The notes under the pieces: model-generated | What the model saw: only the letters and a program-made list of their open reading frames with translations | What the model was told of the DNA's origin: nothing | Database searches by the model: none | Shown: positions 17,089-26,214 of the stretch, piece after piece | Position numbering within the stretch: the first letter of the stretch is position 1 | How the letters are laid out: every line of letters begins with the position of its first letter | Assembly: GCA_965649265.1 (NCBI GenBank) | Contig: CBFGKC010000005.1 | Location: 1 to 64,000, forward strand | Length of the DNA stretch: 64,000 bases | Direction of reading: 5' to 3' | Origin: a candidate division WOR-3 bacterium | GTDB lineage: Bacteria; Hydrothermota; Tepidihabitantia; B3-TA06 | Translations under genes and position numbers: made by a program

Positions 17089-18216
17089 ATGAAATTCAGC
17101 ATTCTGGACATAATCAGTTTCATACTTCATCGCTGGTGGAAGATGCTGGTGGTTCTGGGCGCGTTCATCGTTCTTGGAGTCGTGCTGGCTTTCGTATTGC
17201 CTAAGCGCTACAGATCAGAGGTTAAAATCCTTCCCGCAGGACAGGAAAGCAACCTCTCGAGCGTTCTTTCGGGAATTCAATCCCAGTTGGGGCTAAGCGG
17301 GCTTTCCATTCCCGGCTCCGATGCTTCCGGCATCGTGCAGGTATACAAAGACATTCTTCTTTCGAGAACTGCCACAGACTACGTCATCGATACTTGTTCT
17401 CTTATGAAGCGTATGAAAATCGACAAGAGAACCGAGGCCTACGCCAAACTCGAGAGCATGACGGCATTCGAGTTGACGCCGGAATTCGTATTTGTTATCT
17501 CCATAGTGGGCGAAAACAATGAAGTGGTTGCGGACGTGGCCAACGCATACGCAAGAGCGCTTGATAACTACCTCAAGTACTCGAGCACGACAAGGGGCAG
17601 ACATCTGAGACAATTCGTTGAATCGAGATTGAATGACGCAGAAAAGGATCTTAAGGCTGCACAGGATTCCCTGACTGCTTTCCAGAAACGGAACGGGCTT
17701 CCGATGATAAACCCCGAAACTGGTGCCGACATACAGGCTTTTTCGGATCTGAAGGCTCAGGCCATTGCAAAGGAACTGGAACTGGATTACATGCAGTCGT
17801 TTTCGACAATAAACAACCCCCAGTACGAGGCAACAAGACGCGAACTTGCGCTTATCCAGGCCAAACTGGCATCTCTGCCTCCACTCGCCTCGCGTTACCT
17901 GGAACTCTACAGGGATTTCCAGGTTCAGCAGCAGATATATATGCTACTAGTGCAGCAATACGAGCAAGCAAAACTCATGGAAGCGAAAGACACGCCTTTG
18001 ATAGCAGTGCTGGAATGGGCGAAACCGGCCGAGGAACCGATTTTCCCGCAAAAGAAACTAGTAGTGGTCGTGTTCTTCGTCATAGGACTTGTGCTGATAT
18101 TCGCATATGCCCTTATTCGCGTTTACTGGGAAAACGTCACATCAAACCCTTCGGCTCACAAAAAGATGTCCAGGCTCAGGAATGATTTAAAGGAAGCCTT
18201 TGCCCGGCGCAAGTGA
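17089..18216 (+). CDS. Wzz/GNVR-type polysaccharide chain-length determinant
   Basis: Two TM helices flanking a coiled-coil periplasmic domain; LPKRYRS; VLEWAKPAEEPIFPQK. Confidence 0.85.
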   Translation: MKFSILDIISFILHRWWKMLVVLGAFIVLGVVLAFVLPKRYRSEVKILPAGQESNLSSVLSGIQSQLGLSGLSIPGSDASGIVQVYKDILLSRTATDYVIDTCSLMKRMKIDKRTEAYAKLESMTAFELTPEFVFVISIVGENNEVVADVANAYARALDNYLKYSSTTRGRHLRQFVESRLNDAEKDLKAAQDSLTAFQKRNGLPMINPETGADIQAFSDLKAQAIAKELELDYMQSFSTINNPQYEATRRELALIQAKLASLPPLASRYLELYRDFQVQQQIYMLLVQQYEQAKLMEAKDTPLIAVLEWAKPAEEPIFPQKKLVVVVFFVIGLVLIFAYALIRVYWENVTSNPSAHKKMSRLRNDLKEAFARRK

Positions 18217-18233
18217 CAAGCTTTTAATTTTTA

Positions 18234-21200
18234 ATGAGACTAAAAGAACTACGCCTTTACGGTTTTAAATCTTTTCCTCAAAAGACGGTGCTTGCCTTAT
18301 CCCCGGGCATGACGGCCCTTGTCGGCCCGAACGGCTGCGGCAAATCGAACGTTCTGGATTCAATACGCTGGGTGCTCGGCGAGCAAACACTTTCGAAATT
18401 ACGATGCGGTCGTAATGAAGACCTTGTCTTTGCCGGAAGCGATCGGCTGCCCGAGCAGGGTTACTGTGAAGTCAGCCTGACCGTCGAGAACGAAGGGGAT
18501 TTTCCCGATCTCCCCTCAGAGGTTGAAATCAAAAGAAGGTACTACCGCACGGGTGAATCCAACTTCTGGATTAACCGCGAGGAGTGCCGGTTGAAAGAAA
18601 TTGAGGCTATTTTGCGCGGAGGCGCCGCAGGCGGCAGGCTCTATTCGGTTTTTGACGCGGCGAAACTTGCATCCATAGTCTCCGGCGAACTTGACAACCT
18701 TATGGAATCGGCAGCCGGGGTCCTGGGGTTCCGCGAACAGCGTAAGGAATCGGAGAGAAAACTGGAACTTGTCCGCCGTGACCTTACCAGACTCGATGAC
18801 ATCATAAACGAAAGAGAACGTATTGTAAGAGGACTTGCCAGACAACGCAGGCGGGCGGAAGTCTTCAGGGAACTCAAATCGACTCTCGTTTCGCTCGAGG
18901 GTCACAAACTTCAGGCACGCTATGACCTCGTCAACAAGGAACTCGAGGACAAGACCGCCGAGGTGACGAAGCTGGAATCCGACGAGCGCAAAAACCTGAT
19001 TTCAATAGAGAGTCTCAGAAATCTCCTGAAAGAACAGGACGAAGAACTCGCCAGGCTGATCGGCGCCGAACACGAAACCAGAGGGACTCTCGACGAATTG
19101 AATTCAAGGCTGTCCCAAACCAAGACTTCCCTTTCCTCTCTCAAAGCTCGCAGTCAGGCGCTTCTTGAAAACATCGGGAGAATCACCGAAGAACAGAAAC
19201 AAGCTCTGGCACGAACTGAAGATATAGATAAGGAGATAACCCAGACGAATCTCCAGAGAGACGAGGTTCTGGAAAGAAAGGACAAGGCCTCCGTCGATCT
19301 TAAAGCCGCCCGCGAGAAACTGCAGGAGGAGGAGCGCAATCTGGCCGATCACCGCAACAAAGTTCGCTCAGCCAGAGAAGAGACAAAGAGACTCTCCTCG
19401 GAACTCGCAAGGCTTTTTGAAGAGCGCACTCGCGAGCACTCGCGCGGCGAGAATGCCAAGGCCCTTGCAGAGGCCACCCGCTCCGAGCTTGCCAAGCTTG
19501 CCGAACGCTCGGAAGTGCTGAAAGTCGACATATCATCCGTGAGAGAAACCATAGAAGAAGCAAGGTCAAGAAGCGAGGAGAGCGAGAAGGGCATCAAGGA
19601 AACCGAAAGCAGGCTGGCCGCCGCAAACGGGGAAACAGAAAACCTATCGTCCGAACGTCAGGAAAAGCTGGAACAGGGCTCACGCCTTGCAGGAAGTGCG
19701 GCCTCGCTTCGTGAGAAAATTGAAGACAAACCGAGAAAACTTCTGAGAGAAAGACTGGGATCGAAATTTATTGCTCAGTTGGAGGATTTCGTAAGCTACC
19801 CGGAAAAACTTGAAGCGGCCCTGGAAGCAGTACTCTACGACATCCTTGGATTCGCCGCGGCAAAGGAGCTTCCCGATCTCGAATCATTCGAGATTGAAGG
19901 TCAGGCCGGGATGCTGCTCTCCCGCGAAGAAAGTCCGGAATCAAAAACCAGACCGGCCGATCCGCGCGTGAAACTCTGGCTGGCTGATGAGGTTAAGGTA
20001 AAGGAACAAGCCCCGGCGCTCGTGAAGAAGCGCCTCCATGAATGGGCGCTGGTTGATCGTAAGGACCTTGTTGCGCTCATGCAAAGCCATCCCGGTGTCT
20101 CGTTCGTGACCGAAGATGGTACCGCGCTGCGCGCAGACGGGGTCGTGTTGCTCGGAAGGCCCAGGGGAGTGCTCGCCGACAGGCGAATACTCAAAACAAT
20201 GGAAGCACAGGCGAAGGATATATCTGAAGCTATAACTTCCATTGAATCCAGGCTGGACGAACTTCGAAAGAATCGCGAGAAATTCGAAGAAGACCTTGCT
20301 TCCAGACGTAAGGTTTATCTCGAAAGCATGGCGAATCTGAAAACTTCGGAAGCGGAGCTTGAAAAAATCCAGAAGCAAGAAACTGAGATCGGCCGAGAGA
20401 GAGAACGTCTCCGCAGGGAAGAAAAGACGAAGACGGAAGAAGCCGGTTCTTCCCTGGCCAGGCTTGCCGAGCTCGACGAGTCCATTAAGAAGCTCGAGGT
20501 CGACAGGGACTCAAAAGAAGCGGAACTTTCCGATCTCGACCAGGTCCTTTCGCGCGAGGAGGAAGCGCTGAGGGAAAAGCTTACCGGCCTCAACGAATTG
20601 CTTCTGGCGCTGGGCAGGGAGGAGGAGTCGGAGCGAACGGTTCTGGACCGCATCACGAGACTCGGCCAGGAACGCAAGCGCCTTGAAGAAACAACTACCA
20701 CAAAGAAAACCGACGAAGGCCAAATCAATGAAGAAATCAAAAAAATAAGCAAGTCGATTGAAGAACTGGTTAATGAAGCCGGCGCTCTTGAAAGCCGCCG
20801 CGCAGAAGCGGAAAAGACACTTGCCGGGATCGACACAGGGAAAATAATCGAGGAGAAGAAAAAGTCCGAGGAGTCTTTCAGAGGCGGGGAAAAAGAACTC
20901 GAGAACATAAGAGAGAAGCTCGTAAGATTACGCACAGATGTTCTCCTTCTTGGACGCGAGCAAAAAGAACTTGAGCCCATTATTCCCAAAAGGGGACCCG
21001 AAGAAGCAGCGCCTGAATCGCTTACCCCGCAAGAGATCGAGAACCAGATAGCTGAGACACAAAGGAGGATAGCCGAACTCGGGCCTGTAAACGAATACGC
21101 GGCAATCCAGTTCGACGAGGAGAAAAGCGAGCTGGACCGTATGAAGGCCCAGCACCTCGATGTCGTGAAGGCCGCAGAGAGTCTTGAGGGAATTATAAGG

Positions 21201-21707
21201 GAGATCAACACCCAGGCTCGCAGCCGTTACGAACAAACTTTTGTTGCCGTCCGCGAGGAGTTTCGCAGAACTTTTTCCTTCTTCTTCCCGGGCGGAGAGG
21301 CTGATTTGAAGTTGGAGAATCCGGATGATCCTTTCAATTCGCCTATCCAGATCACGGCAAGACCCGAAGGCAAGCAGCTCAAGCGGCTTGCCCAGCTTTC
21401 CGACGGCGAACGTACGATGCTCGGGATATCGCTGTTGTTCTCCTTCTACGCGGTGAGACCGGCTCCGTTCCTTTTCGTGGACGAGCTCGACGCACCTTTA
21501 GACGACAACAACGTTTTAAAGCTCGCCTCCTTCCTGGCTCGAGTCAAGGACAAGATCCAAATATTCGTGATAACCCACAATAAGAGGACAATGGAAAAAG
21601 CCGACACCATCTACGGCGTAACAATGGAAGAGCCGGGCGTTTCAAAGATAATTTCGGTTCGCCTGAAGGACGTGAAACGTCAGCATGTGGCCGTGGAAGA
21701 AACTTAA
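18234..21707 (+). CDS. smc: Chromosome segregation protein SMC
   Basis: GFKSF, VGPNGCGKSN..DSIRWVLGE, long coiled coils, LGPVN..A..F, LSDGE signature, DELDAPLD, ITHNKRTM. Confidence 0.95.
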   Translation: MRLKELRLYGFKSFPQKTVLALSPGMTALVGPNGCGKSNVLDSIRWVLGEQTLSKLRCGRNEDLVFAGSDRLPEQGYCEVSLTVENEGDFPDLPSEVEIKRRYYRTGESNFWINREECRLKEIEAILRGGAAGGRLYSVFDAAKLASIVSGELDNLMESAAGVLGFREQRKESERKLELVRRDLTRLDDIINERERIVRGLARQRRRAEVFRELKSTLVSLEGHKLQARYDLVNKELEDKTAEVTKLESDERKNLISIESLRNLLKEQDEELARLIGAEHETRGTLDELNSRLSQTKTSLSSLKARSQALLENIGRITEEQKQALARTEDIDKEITQTNLQRDEVLERKDKASVDLKAAREKLQEEERNLADHRNKVRSAREETKRLSSELARLFEERTREHSRGENAKALAEATRSELAKLAERSEVLKVDISSVRETIEEARSRSEESEKGIKETESRLAAANGETENLSSERQEKLEQGSRLAGSAASLREKIEDKPRKLLRERLGSKFIAQLEDFVSYPEKLEAALEAVLYDILGFAAAKELPDLESFEIEGQAGMLLSREESPESKTRPADPRVKLWLADEVKVKEQAPALVKKRLHEWALVDRKDLVALMQSHPGVSFVTEDGTALRADGVVLLGRPRGVLADRRILKTMEAQAKDISEAITSIESRLDELRKNREKFEEDLASRRKVYLESMANLKTSEAELEKIQKQETEIGRERERLRREEKTKTEEAGSSLARLAELDESIKKLEVDRDSKEAELSDLDQVLSREEEALREKLTGLNELLLALGREEESERTVLDRITRLGQERKRLEETTTTKKTDEGQINEEIKKISKSIEELVNEAGALESRRAEAEKTLAGIDTGKIIEEKKKSEESFRGGEKELENIREKLVRLRTDVLLLGREQKELEPIIPKRGPEEAAPESLTPQEIENQIAETQRRIAELGPVNEYAAIQFDEEKSELDRMKAQHLDVVKAAESLEGIIREINTQARSRYEQTFVAVREEFRRTFSFFFPGGEADLKLENPDDPFNSPIQITARPEGKQLKRLAQLSDGERTMLGISLLFSFYAVRPAPFLFVDELDAPLDDNNVLKLASFLARVKDKIQIFVITHNKRTMEKADTIYGVTMEEPGVSKIISVRLKDVKRQHVAVEET

Positions 21708-22521
21708 AGAGGGATTTGCAGGCCTCCGGGCAAGGCTGGAGGCTGCATTCGCTAAAGGGGACAAGGATACGCTCGAGGAAATACTGGTGGAAGCTGACGT
21801 CGGCGTCGAGAGAGCAAGAGAACTCATCTCGTTATCCAACGGCCGCAGGGAAAGGCTGGTTGAACTCATCAGTGAAATTCTTGGCAAAGCTGAACGTACC
21901 CTTGATACAAGCAAACGGCCTACCGTGATAATGCTCGCCGGGACTAACGGCTCGGGAAAAACCACGACGACGGCGAAGCTCGCTTTGCTACTCAAAGAAA
22001 AGAGAGTACTAGTTGCTGCTGCAGACACCTATCGTGATGCCGCAGGCCTTCAACTCGAGCGCTGGGCCCAGCGCATCGAGACCGACCTCGTAACGTCAAC
22101 CAAAGGCCAGGATGCAGGAGCAGTCGTCTGGGACACCCTGAGCAAGGCTACGTCTAAATATTACGGTGTAGTGCTTCTGGACACCGCAGGAAGACTTCAT
22201 ACCCGGCGCGACCTTATGGATGAGGCCCAGAAGATCCGCCGTGTCTGCGAGAAAAAGATACCAGGTTCCCCTCACGAAGTCCTTCTCGTGATTGACGCAT
22301 CCACCGGACAGAACGGGCTAAGGCAGGCCGAGGAATTCACAAAAGCGCTTGGGGTAACCGGACTCATAATCACTAAACTCGACGGCACATCAAAGGCCGG
22401 CATCATAATCCCCATCGTGCAGAAGTTAGATTTACCGGTATACTTTGCAGGTATCGGCGAACAGCCGGAGGACCTCGTTCCCTTCTCAGCCGATGAGTTT
22501 GTCCGGGCGCTTCTCGACTGA
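21685..22521 (+). CDS. ftsY: SRP receptor FtsY (short, no acidic domain)
   Basis: GTNGSGKTTT.AKLA, DTYRDAA, DTAGRLH, DASTGQNG, TKLDGTSKAG, GIGE..EDL.PF. Confidence 0.95.
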   Translation: MWPWKKLKEGFAGLRARLEAAFAKGDKDTLEEILVEADVGVERARELISLSNGRRERLVELISEILGKAERTLDTSKRPTVIMLAGTNGSGKTTTTAKLALLLKEKRVLVAAADTYRDAAGLQLERWAQRIETDLVTSTKGQDAGAVVWDTLSKATSKYYGVVLLDTAGRLHTRRDLMDEAQKIRRVCEKKIPGSPHEVLLVIDASTGQNGLRQAEEFTKALGVTGLIITKLDGTSKAGIIIPIVQKLDLPVYFAGIGEQPEDLVPFSADEFVRALLD

Positions 22522-22574
22522 CCCCCTCCCCTCTCCCGCAAAATTCTCACGAAGGACTTGAGTCTGTGACGCTC

Positions 22575-22602
22575 TTGACTCGCTTATGGTGATTCTTATA
22601 AT
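22575..22602 (+). promoter_or_regulatory. sigma70-type promoter (probably leaderless)
   Basis: TTGACT-16nt-TATAAT; ATG 6 nt downstream. Confidence 0.65.
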
Positions 22603-22608
22603 TTCCTT

Positions 22609-24714
22609 ATGTGCGCCGCAGCGGTTTTCATCCTGACCCTTTTAGTCGGGGCACCTTTCCCGGATGTCGTCTATGAACCATATATTGATTCAGTGATAGC
22701 CTCGGTTTCCACCGATTCCATCTCCTGGACGATAGCCTCACTTTCGGGCGAAACCGCGGTCACTATAGAGAGTTTGCCGGATTCGATTCCCGAGAGGTAT
22801 GCCTATTCGCCCGGCTCTTACAAGGCAGCCCGGTGGCTCAAGGAGCAGATGGAATCCAGGGGACTTGAGACGAAGCTTGAATCTGTCCTGACGGATGTCT
22901 TCTATGACGTTGACATCCTGCCCTCAGGGTACGGATGGGCTACCGCTTCGGGCTGGGATACCACCTTTACCCCAGGTGTCTACCTCTATCGCACCGAGGA
23001 CGCAGGCGCTTCGTGGAAGGCAATAAAGAATGACACCTTACATTGGAGCAAGCTTACCACTCTTTCTAAAGATTCGATGTGGGGCATTGCTGGATCCAGG
23101 ATAGTTCGCACAATAGACGGAGGGCAATCTTTTCAGACGGTTCTTGACGCTGGAGTTACGCTAAATGATATCTCTGTCTTAAGTCAAACCGAATGCTGGG
23201 CCGCGGGCGGTTCCTCCATGGATGGAGTCCTCTACTCGACCACGGATGGGTGGAAAACTTACAAGATTGATTCCTTACCGAACCGTGGCTACATCTCACG
23301 TGTGGATTTCCTATCAAGAGACACCGGATGGTTAGTGTTTAGCGGGATGCATCTCGCACGGGCCACGGACGGTTGCGAAAACTTGATGCTTCTTGACCCA
23401 CCCATTACTTCCATATCCTCCATAGAGTTTGTAGATTACAATACAGGGTACATCCTTGGTCAGAGTTCCGAACACAAGGGACGAATTCTCAAAACCACTG
23501 ACGCCGGGGTTACATGGCAAATTCTCCAGGACTCGCTCGGTTCCTGGCCCCATGATATATCCATACCGGGCAGGGATACGCTTTGGGTCGTGTGCGACTC
23601 AGGAATCCTTCTTGTTTCTTACGACGCAGGACAAACCTGGGAAAGAAGAAATTTACCCACAAATGGTTGGTGTTTATCGATAGACATAAACCGGGACGGC
23701 ACGGGCTGCATCGCGGGACAACAGGCTTTGCTTTACTCAACCGATCTCGAAAACTGGAACTTATCTCAAGTTGCGGACGGGAATTTCATGTGGAACGTGG
23801 TCGGGAAACTCGCGGGACAGTACTCGACCCAGGTTCTGATAACAGCCCATTACGACGCTCGCAGCGAGAGCGTTGCCTGGACTCCCGGAGCCGACGACAA
23901 CGCATCCGGCGTTGCTGCAGTGATGGAGGCGGCAAGGCTTCTTGCAGCCAGGGAGTGGAAACACACCCTGAAGTTCATCTGCTTCGGGGGGGAGGAGGTA
24001 GGCATGTTCGGTTCTCGCGGCTACGCATACAAGGCACGCGAGCGGGGCGACAGCATCCTTGCGGTGCTGAACACCGATATGATAGGCTACGACGGCAACA
24101 AGGACAAGAGCTTGGAGATAGACGCCAACCCCGACGACCCTGTATCCATCGGCGCAGCAAAGATGCTCGAAGGAGTCATTTCCGCATACGACATAGGGCT
24201 CAGTCCGGTCATTCACACCACTGATTCGAGAAAAAACAGCGACCACAGCTCTTTCTGGTTGGTAAACGTCCCGGCCCTGTTCCAGGGCGAGGACCGCGGC
24301 GACTTCAACCCCTTTTATCATAAGACCGGCGACAGGTTGAAGGAACTCGATACCGCGTACCTCGCCGACAACGTCAGAGCCGCACTAGGCTGGATGGCCG
24401 TTGCCGCGAATCTCGACTCTATCGCCGGCACGAGAGAAAATCCCTTGCCGCCCGCCGAGATTATTTCCTTAGCCGCGCACTCGACAATCGTTCGCTCCAG
24501 CTGCGTTTTTACCATAAGCTCACCGTGCCCGCTCCAGCCGCGTATTTTCGACGCTTCGGGTCGTCTTGTCCGGACCATGCCTGTGATCAACGCCGGCACC
24601 GGCGCTAAGGAAACCGTGGAGTTTGACTTGAGCGGTATTCCGGCAGGTGTTTACTGGTTCATATTTGAAGGTTCAGCCGGACATGGTTCAAAGAAGATAA
24701 TCGTTGTCAACTGA
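22609..24714 (+). CDS. M28 family aminopeptidase with inserted YCF48/BNR beta-propeller and T9SS-type C-terminal domain
   Basis: TAHYD, PGADDNASG, GEEVGMFGS, NTDMIG, SDHSSF, YHKTGD; seven Asp-box-like repeats (RTEDAGASW, KTTDAGVTW); C-terminus IFDASGR...AGVYW...KKIIVVN. Confidence 0.88.
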   Translation: MCAAAVFILTLLVGAPFPDVVYEPYIDSVIASVSTDSISWTIASLSGETAVTIESLPDSIPERYAYSPGSYKAARWLKEQMESRGLETKLESVLTDVFYDVDILPSGYGWATASGWDTTFTPGVYLYRTEDAGASWKAIKNDTLHWSKLTTLSKDSMWGIAGSRIVRTIDGGQSFQTVLDAGVTLNDISVLSQTECWAAGGSSMDGVLYSTTDGWKTYKIDSLPNRGYISRVDFLSRDTGWLVFSGMHLARATDGCENLMLLDPPITSISSIEFVDYNTGYILGQSSEHKGRILKTTDAGVTWQILQDSLGSWPHDISIPGRDTLWVVCDSGILLVSYDAGQTWERRNLPTNGWCLSIDINRDGTGCIAGQQALLYSTDLENWNLSQVADGNFMWNVVGKLAGQYSTQVLITAHYDARSESVAWTPGADDNASGVAAVMEAARLLAAREWKHTLKFICFGGEEVGMFGSRGYAYKARERGDSILAVLNTDMIGYDGNKDKSLEIDANPDDPVSIGAAKMLEGVISAYDIGLSPVIHTTDSRKNSDHSSFWLVNVPALFQGEDRGDFNPFYHKTGDRLKELDTAYLADNVRAALGWMAVAANLDSIAGTRENPLPPAEIISLAAHSTIVRSSCVFTISSPCPLQPRIFDASGRLVRTMPVINAGTGAKETVEFDLSGIPAGVYWFIFEGSAGHGSKKIIVVN

Positions 24715-24831
24715 TCCCAAAATCTCCCTCTTCAATCGCCGCCGTTTTCAGGAACAATTGGCAAGAGCATTGACATGAATGAAGATGGTCGTTATTATCC
24801 TTTCAAAATTCTCAACTACGGAGGCTTTTTT

Positions 24832-26154
24832 GTGGTTATATCTCTGATTCTAAGCGGGATGGTTGTTCTTCTGGCGGGCGCGGTTGAAATACCATACGAT
24901 AACGGAATAGATTCGCTGATACAGCGGGTCTCGCTCGACTCAGGCCGTTTCTTCATCGAGAGTTTAAGCGGTGAGAGAAGAGTGACGATTGCCGGAAAAA
25001 GCGATTCCATTCCGGTGAGGCACTCGCTTTCGGGCGGTATAATGAAAGCCGCCAACTGGCTCGTTGAGCAGTTCGAATCAAGAGGAGTTGAAGCCGAAAT
25101 CCAGAAATTTAATGCCGATATTGCCTCTTTGAACTCGCCGCGTCCGTTACCGATAGGAATGGATGCCTCAGAACGCGATAAAATCGTCAATACCCTTTCC
25201 GCTGCGCCTGAACTTTTCACCTTCAACAACGTCGTGGCGACCATTCCCGGAAAAGACTCGAAAGAGGTTGTGCTCGGTGCCCACTACGACGCGACCAGCG
25301 AAATAATCGGTTACTATACACCGGGAGCCGATGACAACGCATCCGGGTGCGCGGCCGTTCTTGAAGCGGCAAGAATAATGTCGGCGTTCAAATGGCAGCA
25401 CACTTTGAAGTTCGTGCTTTTCTCGGGAGAGGAACAGGGTCTGTTAGGCTCAGAGTACTATGTTAAGGATGCCGTTTCAAAAGGAGAAACCATCCTTGCG
25501 TCCCTTATCATGGACATGATAGCTTACAATGGCGATGATGTTCCACAGATGGATCTGCACTGCTGTCTGTGGGATAATCGGTCACAGCTGATGGGTGACA
25601 CCCTTGCCTCCCTCATGCAAACTTACTCTCTCGGGCTCGTGCCTGACATTCACATTGCCGATGCCACCGACCGCAGCGACCATTACTGGTTCTGGATAAA
25701 GAATATCCCGTCCGTTCTGCTTATAGAAGATTTCGACGATTTTACACCCTTTTACCACAAGATGAAGGACCGTATAGGTACTCTGGATACAGCCTTTTTC
25801 CATGATGCGATGCGACTCGTGATGGCATGGGCCTCAATAGAGGCGGGCCTTATAGTGGATACGCCGGTTGTAGTGGCGGAGCAAAGCCCACAGCCCGCAA
25901 ACGATTTTACACTCGATCTTTCCCGGCGTATTGTCAAAGATAAGGTTTCATTCAGCATACGTTCTGAGGGAAATGTTGTACCGCAGGTATTCGATGCGTC
26001 CGGACGCAGGGTTCTTGTTCTGGCCTCCCTCCCCCCCTCCATTGAGAACCGATCAGTTTCTCTCGACGTGAGCGACCTTTCCGGCGGTGTCTACTGGTTG
26101 AAAGTTACAGGCAACTCCGGGAGCGTGACCGAAAGATTCATAATAACTCGTTAA
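24832..26154 (+). CDS. M28 family aminopeptidase with T9SS-type C-terminal domain
   Basis: GAHYD, PGADDNASG, GEEQGLLGS, DMIAY, SDHYWF, YH..D; VFDASGR...GGVYWL. Start at GTG 24832 after GGAGG; promoter TTGACA-17-TATTAT at 24770-24798. Confidence 0.88.
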   Translation: MVISLILSGMVVLLAGAVEIPYDNGIDSLIQRVSLDSGRFFIESLSGERRVTIAGKSDSIPVRHSLSGGIMKAANWLVEQFESRGVEAEIQKFNADIASLNSPRPLPIGMDASERDKIVNTLSAAPELFTFNNVVATIPGKDSKEVVLGAHYDATSEIIGYYTPGADDNASGCAAVLEAARIMSAFKWQHTLKFVLFSGEEQGLLGSEYYVKDAVSKGETILASLIMDMIAYNGDDVPQMDLHCCLWDNRSQLMGDTLASLMQTYSLGLVPDIHIADATDRSDHYWFWIKNIPSVLLIEDFDDFTPFYHKMKDRIGTLDTAFFHDAMRLVMAWASIEAGLIVDTPVVVAEQSPQPANDFTLDLSRRIVKDKVSFSIRSEGNVVPQVFDASGRRVLVLASLPPSIENRSVSLDVSDLSGGVYWLKVTGNSGSVTERFIITR

Positions 26155-26214
26155 GTTACGCCGCACCGCTGCTTAACCAGGAACCGAAAAGCGGAAACAA
26201 CCCGGGTCGCTGTT

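Noticed and set aside
20315-21211. Long antisense ORFs (also 12429-13058, 41632-42243 and 54589-55248)
   Set aside because: They are shadows of well-supported genes on the opposite strand, with Ser/Phe/Leu-rich composition.
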